Part shown: positions 25,336 to 36,351 of the stretch, piece by piece
How the letters are laid out: the number at the start of each line of letters is the position of its first letter
Numbering within the stretch: position 1 is the stretch's first letter
DNA from: Rhodosorus marinus CCMP1338
Taxonomy: Eukaryota; Plantae; Rhodophyta
Length of the DNA: 64,000 bases
Assembly: GCA_029953675.1 (NCBI GenBank)
Contig: JAMWBK010000011.1
Span: 1,178,001-1,242,000 of the forward strand
Direction: 5' to 3'
Notes under the pieces: generated by a model
The model's database searches: none
Seen by the model: only the letters and a program-made list of their open reading frames with translations
What the model was told of the DNA's origin: nothing
Program-made: the position numbers and the translations under genes

Positions 25336-25955
25336 CCTGACTCATCCTATGTTTCTGGACTCGGGGCTGTATCATCGGTTATACCGCTGACCATCGAGTC
25401 GTTTAGACAACTTTGCTTCTCTGGGGTTAGTAAAGCTTACGGTTACGTTAGTCGTCGTGTTTTTCGGAGGCCCCAACCGTCTTGACAGCCTTCTCCCATA
25501 GCTGTCTCTGACTCTCCGGCGTTCGAACGCTGGTTTGTTATTGAACGCGAGTCATCAGCGTCTCCCATTCCGCTCCTCGCGGTAGATAGGCTTTGAATAA
25601 ACGGATAATCATCGTCACTTTCAAGTTTAATTCGCACATCGAACCCTTCATGTACGCAGCGAGCATCTCCTTGTTACCCTTATTAAGGGCTACACTTTTT
25701 ATCGTTTCCAGTTAATCTGAAACCGTTGTCCAAAGAAACACGACGGGGTAAGGCCCCAGCTTTGATGAACAATCACAGAAGGTAGGAAGTCAACAATGGA
25801 CAGCATCCGAATAGACGCTAGGAATGTTTCTTCGTCCAAAAGGAATTGTACGTTTGTGAGCGATGGACTTCTTGACATTGTGAAGGAAGGAGGTGAGTGC
25901 GGTTCCTCCCCGGTCAGAAACGTCGGGAGGGCTACCACGATGTGGATGAGTTGTT

Positions 25956-26145
25956 GAATGAATTTTCGTTTAATCGGAGGCTGAAAGAAAAGACCCGCGA
26001 GGGCAACAAAAAAGACTAAGCGCGGCGAAGATCGCACGCCTCCAACATCAAAACAGCGTTCATACGCCACAGCAAGAAAGTGTTAAACTGGTAAACAACG
26101 AGGACAGACGGTCAGGGCGTTCGCGGCACAATTCGCACAAGTCGA
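25956..26145 (-). mobile_element. 5'-truncated remnant of the CRE-like retrotransposon (older variant)
   Basis: gtttaatcggaggctgaaa...gactaagcgcggcgaag...cctccaacatcaaa matches 27963-28130. Confidence 0.9.
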
Positions 26146-26538
26146 TGAGGTGGTAGCGAACAATCTCAGGTGGATATGTTTACTGTATCTACAGTGTGCG
26201 TCTATAGTATTTAGTATATGTAAGTTTTTAAAAAATGAATTCCAGGGCGAATATTATATATATATGTATATCTATATAACGTCTACGTCGTTGCTATTCG
26301 GTTTCTTACGGATAAACGCAGTGCATGGATGGGCGAGGGGGGAGCAGAGCCAGTGCGAGATTGGGACCACTTTCATTCCTCGCCCCAACCCCTTTTTGCA
26401 AGACCATTTTAGAACAATCATAATATGAAATAGCTTGATTACTGCTTACGAATACACGAGGAGCGGCTTGTCAAGTCTCTGTGTCGTTGATTGTGCTTGG
26501 ATGCCAATCAGTTGGCTCTCGTTGGTAGAAATGAGTTA

Positions 26539-26780
26539 GTTTAGTCGGAGACTGAAGAAAAAAAGTCCGGGGAAAAACAAAGACTCCAACATCAAAGCAG
26601 CGCTCACACGCCACAGCAAGAAACTTAAACGGGTAAACAACGAGGACAGACGGTCAGGGCGTTTGCGAGGCACTTCCCGAAGCCAACGAGAACCAACGGA
26701 ATCCAGAAACCCAGATCATTCAATGACCAAAGGTACTAGGCAATGAGCTAGAGCCGAAGCAAGAATTCCTGGGGAAGACA
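26539..26780 (-). mobile_element. 5'-truncated remnant of the CRE-like retrotransposon
   Basis: gtttagtcggagactgaa...ctccaacatcaaagcagcg...gacggtcagggcg...ggggaagaca matches 27973-28240, with a small deletion. Confidence 0.88.
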
Positions 26781-28017
26781 GCAGAAACTCAAGCATTGAA
26801 GTCGAATCCCACGCTTCAGGAGCCTATTCTCTTTCGCGTAATCCGCGGATTCTAAAACTAAACCTCCCGTTTGCCTTGCTGGTAACCCTCTAGCCTGATG
26901 AGTTCTAATAACTCATGAAAATGCTTTGCAAAGCATTTTCGAATCACCCTTGAGACTGTTTGATAAGTTCGATGCCAAAACAAGGGCTAAGGGTGTTCGC
27001 TAGACATCTGAACACTAACGTGGACAGGTGTCTACAGTTGCGCCCGCGAGGAAACCAGCTTTGGGAACAATTTGGCACTAGCCGGGACAACTGTACACGG
27101 TTGTGGCCACCGGGAAGCCTTCACTACTAAACACCCGGGCCTAGCTTCTGCAGGTCGTTGAAAAGTTGATGTAAAAACGTTGCAGTTTGAGGTTCCCAAC
27201 AAATACCCAGCCGAATTTTCCAGCTTTCCCATAGTCCCTACTTGAATATCGAGGTCTCAATGACAGCATCCCTCAGCTGACCCGTACGACAACATCATCA
27301 TCAGCTGAGTAGGCAAATCATGTTAAGAGAAAAAAAAAGATTGATTCAACGTTTTTTGCCTCGTTTGTTACATATAATTTTTCTATCAGACACATCCCAT
27401 TGGATCGATCAAATCATGCCTACCTCTTTTAACCAATCTCAAGAAACCACTTGTTACTGCCTTACCCCCCATCAACCTAGTTTTTAGCCCTGTTTTTAAA
27501 AATGACTTGAGGGGAGGGGGAACATATCTGTTTTAGAGTAATAGACACCTCTCTGTTTTGTATTACTTAAACCTACATCTATGATTGACCAAGTCTGGAA
27601 TTTGAATCATGGGAACACCCCCTTCTTTTCACCCGTTTTTTTCTCATCTTCGCTAAGAGCTTAGGATGAGGACTTGTTGTAAAACTTGAGAAAATGAAGA
27701 TTGAGACTCATCCCCACTTCACCAGAAGCGTTGTCAATAGGAGAGTGACGAGTGACACCAGTGTTTCGAATGTTAGCGTATCCTACCAAAAATATTTGTG
27801 TTTTTTTGTAAATTGGCGATTGAGATCGAAAGCTGACTAGTCGCTTACATGTAGAACAGCAGCACCGCATCATCATCATCCTCAGCCCAGATTAAAATTC
27901 ACACCTGGGATTGTATAGATTTAGCGATGATAGGAAGACGACTACCTTTGTGATATTACGAACGAACGAATGGTTTAATCGGAGGCTGAAAAAAAAAACC
28001 CCGAGGGGAAAAAAAGA

Positions 28018-31000
28018 CTAAGCGCGGCGAAGTACTCGCGCCTCCAACATCAAAGCGGCATTCATGCGACACAGCAGGAAACTTAAACCGGTAAACAACG
28101 ATTGAAGACGGTCAGGGCGTTCGCGGAACAACTCCCGAAGCCAGCGAGAACCAACAGAGTCCATGAACCCAAAGCACTCAATGATCAGGGGTACCAAGCG
28201 ATGTGCTAGTGCCGAAGCACGAACACCAGGGGAAGACAAAGCCCCCGCGTATTTGATCTCTTTGCGGCGTCTCATGCTGGCGGCGGCAGATCCACGGCGC
28301 TCCCCCGCAGCCGGGAGATAACGACTAGCTTGAGGGTTAGGAACAGCAAGATCAACGTATGTGGTACGGCGGCTGTCGTCACAGGTGATCACCAGGTCGG
28401 CTACACGGCGTTCATCATTTTGAAAGTCCGCGACGGGTAAAGGTTTCTCACGTTCGATTTCCAGACCGGCTTGCCGGACTATAGGCCGAAGTTCCCGGTA
28501 TAACAGGTTCAAGATCCGTGTATGGCGGCGGGTTCGAGCACCTTTCACCGCCGGGCAACTAGCGAGCAGGTGGGCGCCAAAATCTGCGTTGTCTTCAGTC
28601 TGAGAGCAGAGAGGGCACGACGAACCCATCTCGTACGGCCAAGGGGGCTGATGTAAGCCGAGGTATAAGCGCAGTGAAGTACGCACTTCGAAATCCGACA
28701 GTGTGAGTGGCGGAAAGCCTGGTACGGTCATGAGCCACTGAGAGCTAATAACCCCTCCAAGACTACGTAGGCGGGCGCGAGCGCGAGAAGATGAGACCAT
28801 CTGCGCGAGGAGTCGGCCATATGCAGCACGGTGCAAGTCCCAAGAAAGGATATTTTGCAGCGCATCCGTGCGTGCTTGAGCTCGGCTCCCAGCGCGCTGG
28901 GAATCATCAGGAGGATCAACTGGAACTTCTTCTTCTGCGGCAACCACTGGGTCAATCTCCCCTAGAACAGGTTCAGGCGCAGGACGAATCCCCGGGGCGG
29001 AGCCTCGAGAGCGGTCAAATACAGCTCGCCAGCCAGGAAGACGGGGTTGAACGGTTTCGGGGAGACTAGTACAGGAATTCAGGGCGGTTTGGAGCTCCAG
29101 AAACAAGTCTTGGGCGCTTTCCGGTACGCTGGGAAGCAAGACACCCCGCGAGAGGCTCGCCATCAAATTGCGGAACTTCGAGATACCCAAGCTGCTCAAA
29201 GTGGGAAGTGCGGTTCCCCAGGCCCCTACTGCGGCTGCAGGTTGGACCACAACACGATTGCAGAGGCCCAGTCCCCCCAATCGCAATGGGAGGCCTACCT
29301 GGGCGCGCACGACATCAGAGGTGGGTCGCGGCAGAGCGCTCAGCTCTTCATCGAGAAAATACCCCAGGTCACGGAAACTTTCAGCATCCGCACGAGTGGC
29401 CAACCACCGGTCCCAATGAGTTGGAAGTGAGCGAAGCCAATAGGTTAACCGCTGACTGCAACAATACCGAAACAGCAACAACGAGCACTGGAGAAAGCCC
29501 GGAGGTAGCCGTCGAAGCTCTGCAACCAGCTGTCTGTGCTTACCGAGGAGCTGCAGCAACTCGTCTTCAACGAAGGACGGCGACCCGTAGGGGATGCCTA
29601 AGTGGACAAAACCATCCGGTCTCCAAATATCCTGGAACGACGCAGGTACCTGCTGCTCTTGTGCAGCTACACCTCCCCAGTAGAACGATTTGTGATGATT
29701 AACCTCCAGGTCAACCCGCGAAGCCAAGGAGCGGAGACGATCATAAGCGAGTGCTAGAGTATCAGGGGGCCCCAGGAGGCACACGTCGTCGTGGTATGCA
29801 ACCGTACGAACCTGCGGGAATTCGGAGCGAAGACAAAGCAAGACGAGTTGTAGTCCACAGGCATGTAGGAAAGGGGACAAGGGATCACCCTGTTGTACCC
29901 CTGTGCGCGCCGCAAACGTGTGAGGAAGCGCCAAGGGTGTCATAGGTAGCCCCACGACCAAGCGGAGAATAAAGTCTACTAACAAAGGGAAAGCCTACAG
30001 GGAAGACTTCGCGCACCACGTGCATGAGAGCCGGACGAGAGACGCGGTTGAACGCATTGGTAAAATCTACAGAGAGGAGCCCAGAATCTGGGGAGTACGC
30101 CATTTCCGAACGGAGTAAAACAGACAACAACTCACAGCCACCACGATAGCCCACGCCTAACTGCACGTGCCCAAAGAAACGGCGGGATTCGGGAACCAGG
30201 ATTTTCACTAACCATCGCGCCGCCAATTTGCGGACCACCTCAACCAGGCCAATAGGGCGAATAGCAGGGCTCGAGGCCGTGTGGCCGGGCTTCGAAAGCA
30301 GACACAACTGCGAACGCCCGACCAAGAACCACGCACACTCACACAGGGGATCACCATTCACAAGCGCTTCGACCACCCACGCCAACGCTTCAAACCTTCA
30401 TCACTTAAGAAACGGAGATATTCCACCCGCAGCCCCGAGGGCCCTGGGGAACGGCCCTTCGGAGCATCATGAACCAACTCACGCACCGCCTCCAGATTGA
30501 CCACTAACCGCGCACTGGGATGTGGCGCGGCGCGGTACTCTTCCAACACTGATTCAAACGAGGAGTCCCAAGGGGAGCCTTCCGAGGGAAAGAGCAAACG
30601 GAGCGGTGAAGAAAGATCATCGGAGTATGGAACCACAGGTTGCCGCCGCTGGAGGATCCCGGCTGCCCGCCGCAGATCACCGCCTGCCACCGCGTGACGC
30701 GCCCGATTCTGTCGAGAAGACCTAAAAGCTGAGGGAGCACTAGGAGAAAAGGAAGAGAGAGAAGCGAAATAAAGACATTCGAGGTCCTCAAAGTCGCCGG
30801 AAAGGAACATTTGCAGTTTTCGGCGAGGGTGGACCCGGCGAGGATGTGGGTTGAGGGGGACGGTAGAGGAGGTGAGCACGAGGCGGGGAAAAAAGAACAA
30901 GAGTTCCCAGCGAAGAGAGCAGTGAGGGTTCGCGGCGACCTGCTGCCAGAGAAAATCCAACACCAATCCTAGGGGCTTATGAAGTCGACGAGGGAGCCGT

Positions 31001-31158
31001 ACGGCCGTGCTCTGACGACAAAGGGGAAGAGAACCGTCCGGGTAGGATGCGACAAGGTGCGAAAACCACGAGAGAACACGCTCATGCCAGGCTGAGCGGT
31101 CACTGGTAAACAGGGGTAACCGGGACGACACGCACGCGGAGGAGGAAGACTCAGACAT
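28018..31158 (-). pseudogene. Retrotransposon ORF2 (RT-RLE, ~1046 aa if repaired), split by two compensating frameshifts
   Basis: ATG at 31158. A -1 shift near 30385 (EGLK/LAWVVEAL) and a +1 shift between ~29915 and 29965 (LYSP.../TFAARTGVQQGDP). ORFs 30358..31437 and 28018..29985 share a frame. Confidence 0.85.
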
Positions 31159-32449
31159 CGGGCCTCCCCTCAGTCGGGAAGGCAGATCGAATATCCGGAG
31201 GAGGTGCCTCGGAGGGAGGCTCAGGAGCCGCACGACGCTTACGTGGAGGGCGCACGAAGGAACTAAAAGACCTGAAGAAAGTAGACACAGGGTTTTCAGC
31301 AGCGGAGTCTTGACTGAGGGTGTCCAGAGCCAGCGGATTCGGAGAGGCCGATTGTGCTTCTGCCATGTCGGTGTCACGAGCCTCGGAGACAGGGCGAGGG
31401 GAGGAAGGGTGCTCAAGAGTCGGCGGCAGAAGGTCAAACGCAGGGTGGGCTTCCAGCAGGGTGGCCTCAGTGGAGAGGAAGGCCTCTAGCGCGGTGCGGA
31501 GAACCCCGCGAGGAGGAAAACGCGCGAAGAGGCTCGCCTGTATGCGCGAGAGCCGCGCCGCATGAGTGTGTAGCGCGACAACCGAAGCCTGCGAGGCATC
31601 CAGGTTTTGCAAGGCCGACGGAGGAACCAAGCCGGCGTCAAAACGATCGAACTCGACAAACAAAGAGACATGAGGACGAGTCAGTATCATGTTGGCCAGA
31701 GCAGAGCGCTGGGGCGCGGGGGTGGTTACAAGCGATTGAAGGAACTGGTAAGCCGAGTCAGTAACAAGAAAACAGGCATGAGGGCCCGTGAAGTCCACAT
31801 ATAGGAATTCAGACGGGGCCACCCCAAGGGAGGAAGCCATGGTGTCGCGAAAATCGCGGTAGTGGACGGGCGCGCGGCCCCGACCACGAGAGGGGGTCTG
31901 GGGACGCACGTTCGTCATCCAAACAAAGTGGAACGGAGATAGTTGGCGAGAAGAGTCAATAGGGATGTGTTGTGGCATCATACGCACCATTTCCGTCGTG
32001 CGTTGTTCAGAAGAGCCCCTGCGTAGGACCTGCGAATAGGTCGCACGTGGGGCACTGGAGGGAGCAGGATTCGGGCCCGACGCGGGCCCAGGAGGCGTCT
32101 GTCCTTGAATAGGGGTAGGCCAGTCGGAATCAGGAATGACCGGAGCGGAGCGCTGGGGTCGGGTGGAGGCAGGCCCCGCTGTACCGTGCGGATCCGCGGG
32201 GACGGGCACCGGGGGGTATGGGGCAGGCGCGGAGGCGGAGAAGCGCTCCAAATAGGCGATCAGCAGGGGCAGGCGGTGTTCCTGGGAAGCAGTCACAAGA
32301 AGACTCGTCAGTTTCGAGCAGATCCCATGGGCTAACTCGTCAGCGCAGTCCGTGAGGGTGGCCGCGGTACTAAACCCGCCCACGCAGAGCTCCACGCGCG
32401 CTGAGAGAACGGCTCCGTCCGCCGGAATGGGTGGGGAAACCCCAACCAT
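31151..32449 (-). CDS. Retrotransposon ORF1 (gag-like, ~432 aa from the first AUG)
   Basis: Open frame 31151..32620 with the first ATG at 32449. Pro-rich linker, TYSQVLR motif, and a central alpha/beta segment that may be RRM-like (inference). No CCHC knuckle seen. Confidence 0.75.
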   Translation of the reverse strand: MVGVSPPIPADGAVLSARVELCVGGFSTAATLTDCADELAHGICSKLTSLLVTASQEHRLPLLIAYLERFSASAPAPYPPVPVPADPHGTAGPASTRPQRSAPVIPDSDWPTPIQGQTPPGPASGPNPAPSSAPRATYSQVLRRGSSEQRTTEMVRMMPQHIPIDSSRQLSPFHFVWMTNVRPQTPSRGRGRAPVHYRDFRDTMASSLGVAPSEFLYVDFTGPHACFLVTDSAYQFLQSLVTTPAPQRSALANMILTRPHVSLFVEFDRFDAGLVPPSALQNLDASQASVVALHTHAARLSRIQASLFARFPPRGVLRTALEAFLSTEATLLEAHPAFDLLPPTLEHPSSPRPVSEARDTDMAEAQSASPNPLALDTLSQDSAAENPVSTFFRSFSSFVRPPRKRRAAPEPPSEAPPPDIRSAFPTEGRPDV

Positions 32450-33048
32450 AACGATTGGAAGGTGTGAAAAACCGATTCCCCCACGAAACTCCCAAAAAGA
32501 GAACTTGTTCCCAACGTTTGCAACCAAAGAGCAAAAAGTGGGGTTTGTGTTTGGCGTGCGTCCTCCCCGCAAACGACGACACCAAATATAGTGAAAACGG
32601 CAGCGGGCGGGGAAAAGCAAGTTCGTTCAAAAAATAAATAAACTTTTACCACTTTGCTTTCTCAATTAACTGTATGATCCTGTTGTCAAGATGAGGGCGG
32701 ATTGGATTGAAACCGGGTGAGGAGAGCAGTATGCATAAATCGTATTTCATGTAATCAGAATTATCTTAATTTTTAGCACGGCCTTTGGCATCGATCTACT
32801 CTCGGGAAAAGGATCCATTCTATGAAATGTTCGTGTTTTGGGGCTCAGCTTTGCTGGCGGTCTGGAGAAGTCTGTATGTTCAAGTGCAAACTTCTGATCC
32901 TCTGGGAGAGAAGCAAGGGTATATATACTCAGACACTATGGCCTTTCATAATTCTGCAGCTGCTTTGGAAAACAAACCAAGCTAGAGAGTAGCAAAGAAG
33001 AATTGATTTGAGGACACAGGTTGGTGTGTATTTTGTATATCAAACGAA

Positions 33049-35793
33049 ATGACGATAAAATTTGCCAAACTATTTTGGTGGACTATCGCACTCTGTGCGA
33101 TGGTAGGATTCTCTGCAGATGCTGCTCCAGTGCCGTGTAGACATGGCAGCTGTTCGAGGGCGCCCAAGTTGATCCCGTCGACTCGGCAGGTGGACTGCGA
33201 AGGTGTTGGAGTTCTTCCCGATAACATACAGCTTAAGAAGATTCCCGGGATCGAGGAGAACTGCGTCAAGGTCGGAGACCTTTTAGAGCTTCCCGGCAAC
33301 TTTGCGGAGATTGCATTGAAGGACGCTGGATCATCCAGCAGCGCCGTCGATCTCCTGAACAATATCGTCGATCCTCTCGAGACTGCATTGAAGGTCGCCC
33401 TTCAGTCCGTCAGCGGAAGGGTCAACGACAACATCTGTTTCGGCAACTTCAAGGGATCGGAATTCAAGGCAGAGATCAACATCGACCAGGATCCAATGCA
33501 CTTCAACAAATGCAAGGAGTTGCCGGTCCTTCAGGATGCCGAATGGTCGGCATTTGGATTCGCCGTGACTGCACCGTTTCCAGGATGTTTCTCTACCACG
33601 GGCACCATGGCGTTTTGTGCGGCTGTGAGCATCTGCCCTGAAACCAAGCTTCCTTCGGTAGCGGTTGTCATCAACGCGGAGACACTGGAGTGTATGGGAG
33701 AGAATCTGGGCGCGGCCACTGCCGGCATCTCCGCCGTTGCTGGTAAAGTGATCAGCTTGGGCCTCGATTTTCTCTCCTGGGGAATCTCGCTCAGCAACTC
33801 GCTCGTGGCGAACGTGAACATCTATACCGGTCATCCGGACAGGGACTTCAAGTTTGTTGGCTATGAGGTCCGTGGCAACTACCAGGACTCGATTAGGCTC
33901 AAGATCAAGCTGGAAAAGTTCAAGGTTCCTCCTGTGTTGGGTCTCAGCGGCGATCACAAGCGAATTGTCTCAGTGCGTGGCGTGGAGAACGTCCAGTTTG
34001 AGAACCTGATATCGTCATTCACACCGGATGACGACGGCGACATGCTCGACGTGTTCGAGTCTCTCCAGGACGTGACGATTCAGGGGGCGATCATCATGAA
34101 GCTCCAGCTGAATTTCAAGTTCTCTGAAGTCAAGGCACTTCGTAAGGTCCTTCCGGATTCCGGCGCAATCACCATCGGAGAGTCGAACCTCTTTTTCACA
34201 ACCGGATCCGCGACACCTCCGGGAGAAGAATATGCCGGCCTCGTCGTCAAGCCGGGAGTCTACGGTCTCATTGGAAGCAACGCGGTCCCGGCAATAATCA
34301 AGAAGCTGCTCGAGTATGCACTCAGTTTCGTCGGCAGCATTCTCGACCTTTTCCCTGATTGGGTTCCGTTCAAGATCGATGCAAAGGATCTCCTCGATGG
34401 GATCAACCTTGACGTTGGTGCATCGGACACTCTGGGTTTTGGCTTCACCGTGAGCACTGAACAGACCGCCTTCGTAATCAACGCCCCGTTGATCTTCGAC
34501 TTCCTGGGCTTCATCACCATCGAGTGCAAAACCGACTACAGCTCTTTCAAATGCAAAGTCGATACCGAGTTCAACACCAAGTTCTTCTCGGCCGTTGCCG
34601 AGACTATTGCGGAGGGTGTCCTTTGGGTCATCAACGAGACTGATGAGCTCTTTACCGACATTGGAAATGTTGTCGGTGCAGCTTTCGAGGACGCCGTTGA
34701 CGGAGTTGTCAGCGCCTTCTCCGAGGACAACATTAAGGCGACGGCGAAGCTGATTGAGAAGGGATTGATCAGTGTCGGCGATGACATTGCTGACGAGCTC
34801 AAGAGCTGGGCTAGGTGGGCGGATACAGTTTTTGAGGACTTTGCAGATATCATGTCCGACTTGACATCGGATGCTGTCAACGAGATCGCTGAATTCGGCA
34901 ATGGACTTGTGGACGACGCCGAACAGATTTTCAAGGACGCCGGAGATGATTTCGAGTCGGCCGCGGAGCATATCGCAAACACCTTTACCTGCTCTGGTGA
35001 CAGCGTCGTTGACGCTATCACTGGCTGCAAGGGCTGCTGTATCCCGATGGGCGATGTTGTAGAGGCGCTTTTGAACGCCGGCAACAACATCGACGAAGCC
35101 TTCGAGACTGTTGTCAAGCTCGTCTCAAATATTGCTACGTCTATTGGAGATATCTTCTTCGCGACCAGGACCTCCTTCCGCTATGAGAACATCAGCCCGG
35201 CTAAGTTCGATGAGTTTAAGTGCCGCAGGCAGAATGTTATCAAGGTCACCAAGAAGTACGTGTTCGGCATCAAGGTGAGCGAGAAAAGGAAGAAGGTCGG
35301 AGAGACATCCCAGGAAAGTTGCCTCAAGTCGAGACTTGTGGAGGCAAAGACTGTTGTTGTCAAGTTCAACGCGACTGCAGACGCAGAAACCAAATACCTC
35401 AATACCCTGAACGCGAACAGGGACGCTGTCTTCGGTGCCAAGCTTACCAAGCAAGAAATCCTGGATTCTGCAGAAATGGTGTGTTCTCGTGATATCAGTC
35501 GGGATCAAGTCGAAGCTGGCAAGTTAACAATTCCAGTCACGGTCACCTGCTCTGCAAAATCAATCGGATCTGACGGGACCTTCTCCGGGCCGGTTGTGAC
35601 GGCCTCCCGGACCAAGGAGATCAATATGTCTAGCACCAAGACTCGTGGTGACATGATAGACCAACTCTGGAACGACGTCAAGAGGACCCTCGCGAATAGG
35701 ATGACCCCAACGATCGCAAGGGAGCCATTTATCATACATGGTGGCACCCTACCCCAACCCATACCCTTCCCCGCCCTCCCTGTCCAACCCTAA
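33049..35793 (+). CDS. Uncharacterised intronless secreted protein, 914 aa
   Basis: Signal peptide MTIKFAKLFWWTIALCAMVGFSADA. Cys-rich N-terminus, beta-rich middle, then a long acidic amphipathic-helix region. Strong C-ending codon bias. AATAAA near 35957. Confidence 0.9.
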   Translation: MTIKFAKLFWWTIALCAMVGFSADAAPVPCRHGSCSRAPKLIPSTRQVDCEGVGVLPDNIQLKKIPGIEENCVKVGDLLELPGNFAEIALKDAGSSSSAVDLLNNIVDPLETALKVALQSVSGRVNDNICFGNFKGSEFKAEINIDQDPMHFNKCKELPVLQDAEWSAFGFAVTAPFPGCFSTTGTMAFCAAVSICPETKLPSVAVVINAETLECMGENLGAATAGISAVAGKVISLGLDFLSWGISLSNSLVANVNIYTGHPDRDFKFVGYEVRGNYQDSIRLKIKLEKFKVPPVLGLSGDHKRIVSVRGVENVQFENLISSFTPDDDGDMLDVFESLQDVTIQGAIIMKLQLNFKFSEVKALRKVLPDSGAITIGESNLFFTTGSATPPGEEYAGLVVKPGVYGLIGSNAVPAIIKKLLEYALSFVGSILDLFPDWVPFKIDAKDLLDGINLDVGASDTLGFGFTVSTEQTAFVINAPLIFDFLGFITIECKTDYSSFKCKVDTEFNTKFFSAVAETIAEGVLWVINETDELFTDIGNVVGAAFEDAVDGVVSAFSEDNIKATAKLIEKGLISVGDDIADELKSWARWADTVFEDFADIMSDLTSDAVNEIAEFGNGLVDDAEQIFKDAGDDFESAAEHIANTFTCSGDSVVDAITGCKGCCIPMGDVVEALLNAGNNIDEAFETVVKLVSNIATSIGDIFFATRTSFRYENISPAKFDEFKCRRQNVIKVTKKYVFGIKVSEKRKKVGETSQESCLKSRLVEAKTVVVKFNATADAETKYLNTLNANRDAVFGAKLTKQEILDSAEMVCSRDISRDQVEAGKLTIPVTVTCSAKSIGSDGTFSGPVVTASRTKEINMSSTKTRGDMIDQLWNDVKRTLANRMTPTIAREPFIIHGGTLPQPIPFPALPVQP

Positions 35794-36050
35794 CCAGGAA
35801 CTGCCAAACCCTTCCGGCCTGGAGGGTTTCGTCCCTTCTTTCAGAGAAAGGTGTAGATAGATTCGAGATTCTATCCTCTTGACGAGCATGCACATAAAGT
35901 CTACGCGGTGAGAAATTTTCCAATCTCCGTAGTCATCGCCAGAAAAAACCTCGACCAATAAAAACTATGGTATTGAACCTATTCATCCAATCAACAGCAC
36001 CTGCATATCAACATTCATATTAGTAGGATTGTGAGGGAAGGAAGCATTTA

Positions 36051-36351
36051 ACGAATGAACTCGTTTAATCGGAGACTGAAAGATATACCCCGAGGGGAAA
36101 AATAACTCTAAGCGCGGCGAAGATATCGCGTCTCCAACATCAAAGCAGCGTTCATAGCAAGAAACTTAAACGGGTAAACAGACCGTCAGGGCCGATCGCG
36201 GAACACTTCCCCAAGTCAACGACAACTAACGGAATCCATACACCCAAAGGCACTCAATAACCAGAGGTACCAGGCGATGAGCTAGAACTGAAGCACGAAA
36301 CCGTCGGGAAGACAAAGCCCAAGAACATTTCAACTCTTTGCCACGTCTCAT
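36051..36351 (-). mobile_element. 5'-truncated remnant of the CRE-like retrotransposon, just downstream of the secreted gene
   Basis: gtttaatcggagactgaaa..ccccgaggggaaaa..ctaagcgcggcgaag..gggaagacaaagccc matches 27963-28275. Confidence 0.9.

Larger units (their letters stand above)
27959..32650 (-). mobile_element. Near full-length two-ORF non-LTR retrotransposon, CRE-like (RT plus CCHC and restriction-like endonuclease); 5' boundary approximate
   Basis: RT motifs IRPI, QLGVG..GCE, VDFTNAFN, GVQQGDPLSP, AYHDD, LGIP, RLGGLGL. C-terminal CPLC..HLLASC, RRH, ADLV..VDLAV..KEIKY..PLIIECFG. About 58-nt 3' UTR ending in (TTCG)n. Confidence 0.93.

Noticed and set aside
26888-26945. Hammerhead ribozyme (CTGATGAG...GAAA followed by a hairpin)
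   Set aside because: Stem II does not close next to GAAA, and neither the type I nor the type III permutation gives matching stem I/III around an NUH site.
27940-32780. Target-site duplication for the full-length retroelement
   Set aside because: The 3' flank (gtgatatta) has no convincing match near the presumed 5' end, so that boundary remains approximate.
33331-35762. Long antisense ORFs (208, 318, 193 aa etc.) over the secreted gene, and similar ones over the retroelement and GrpE
   Set aside because: These are expected shadows of strongly codon-biased sense ORFs, with no independent motifs.
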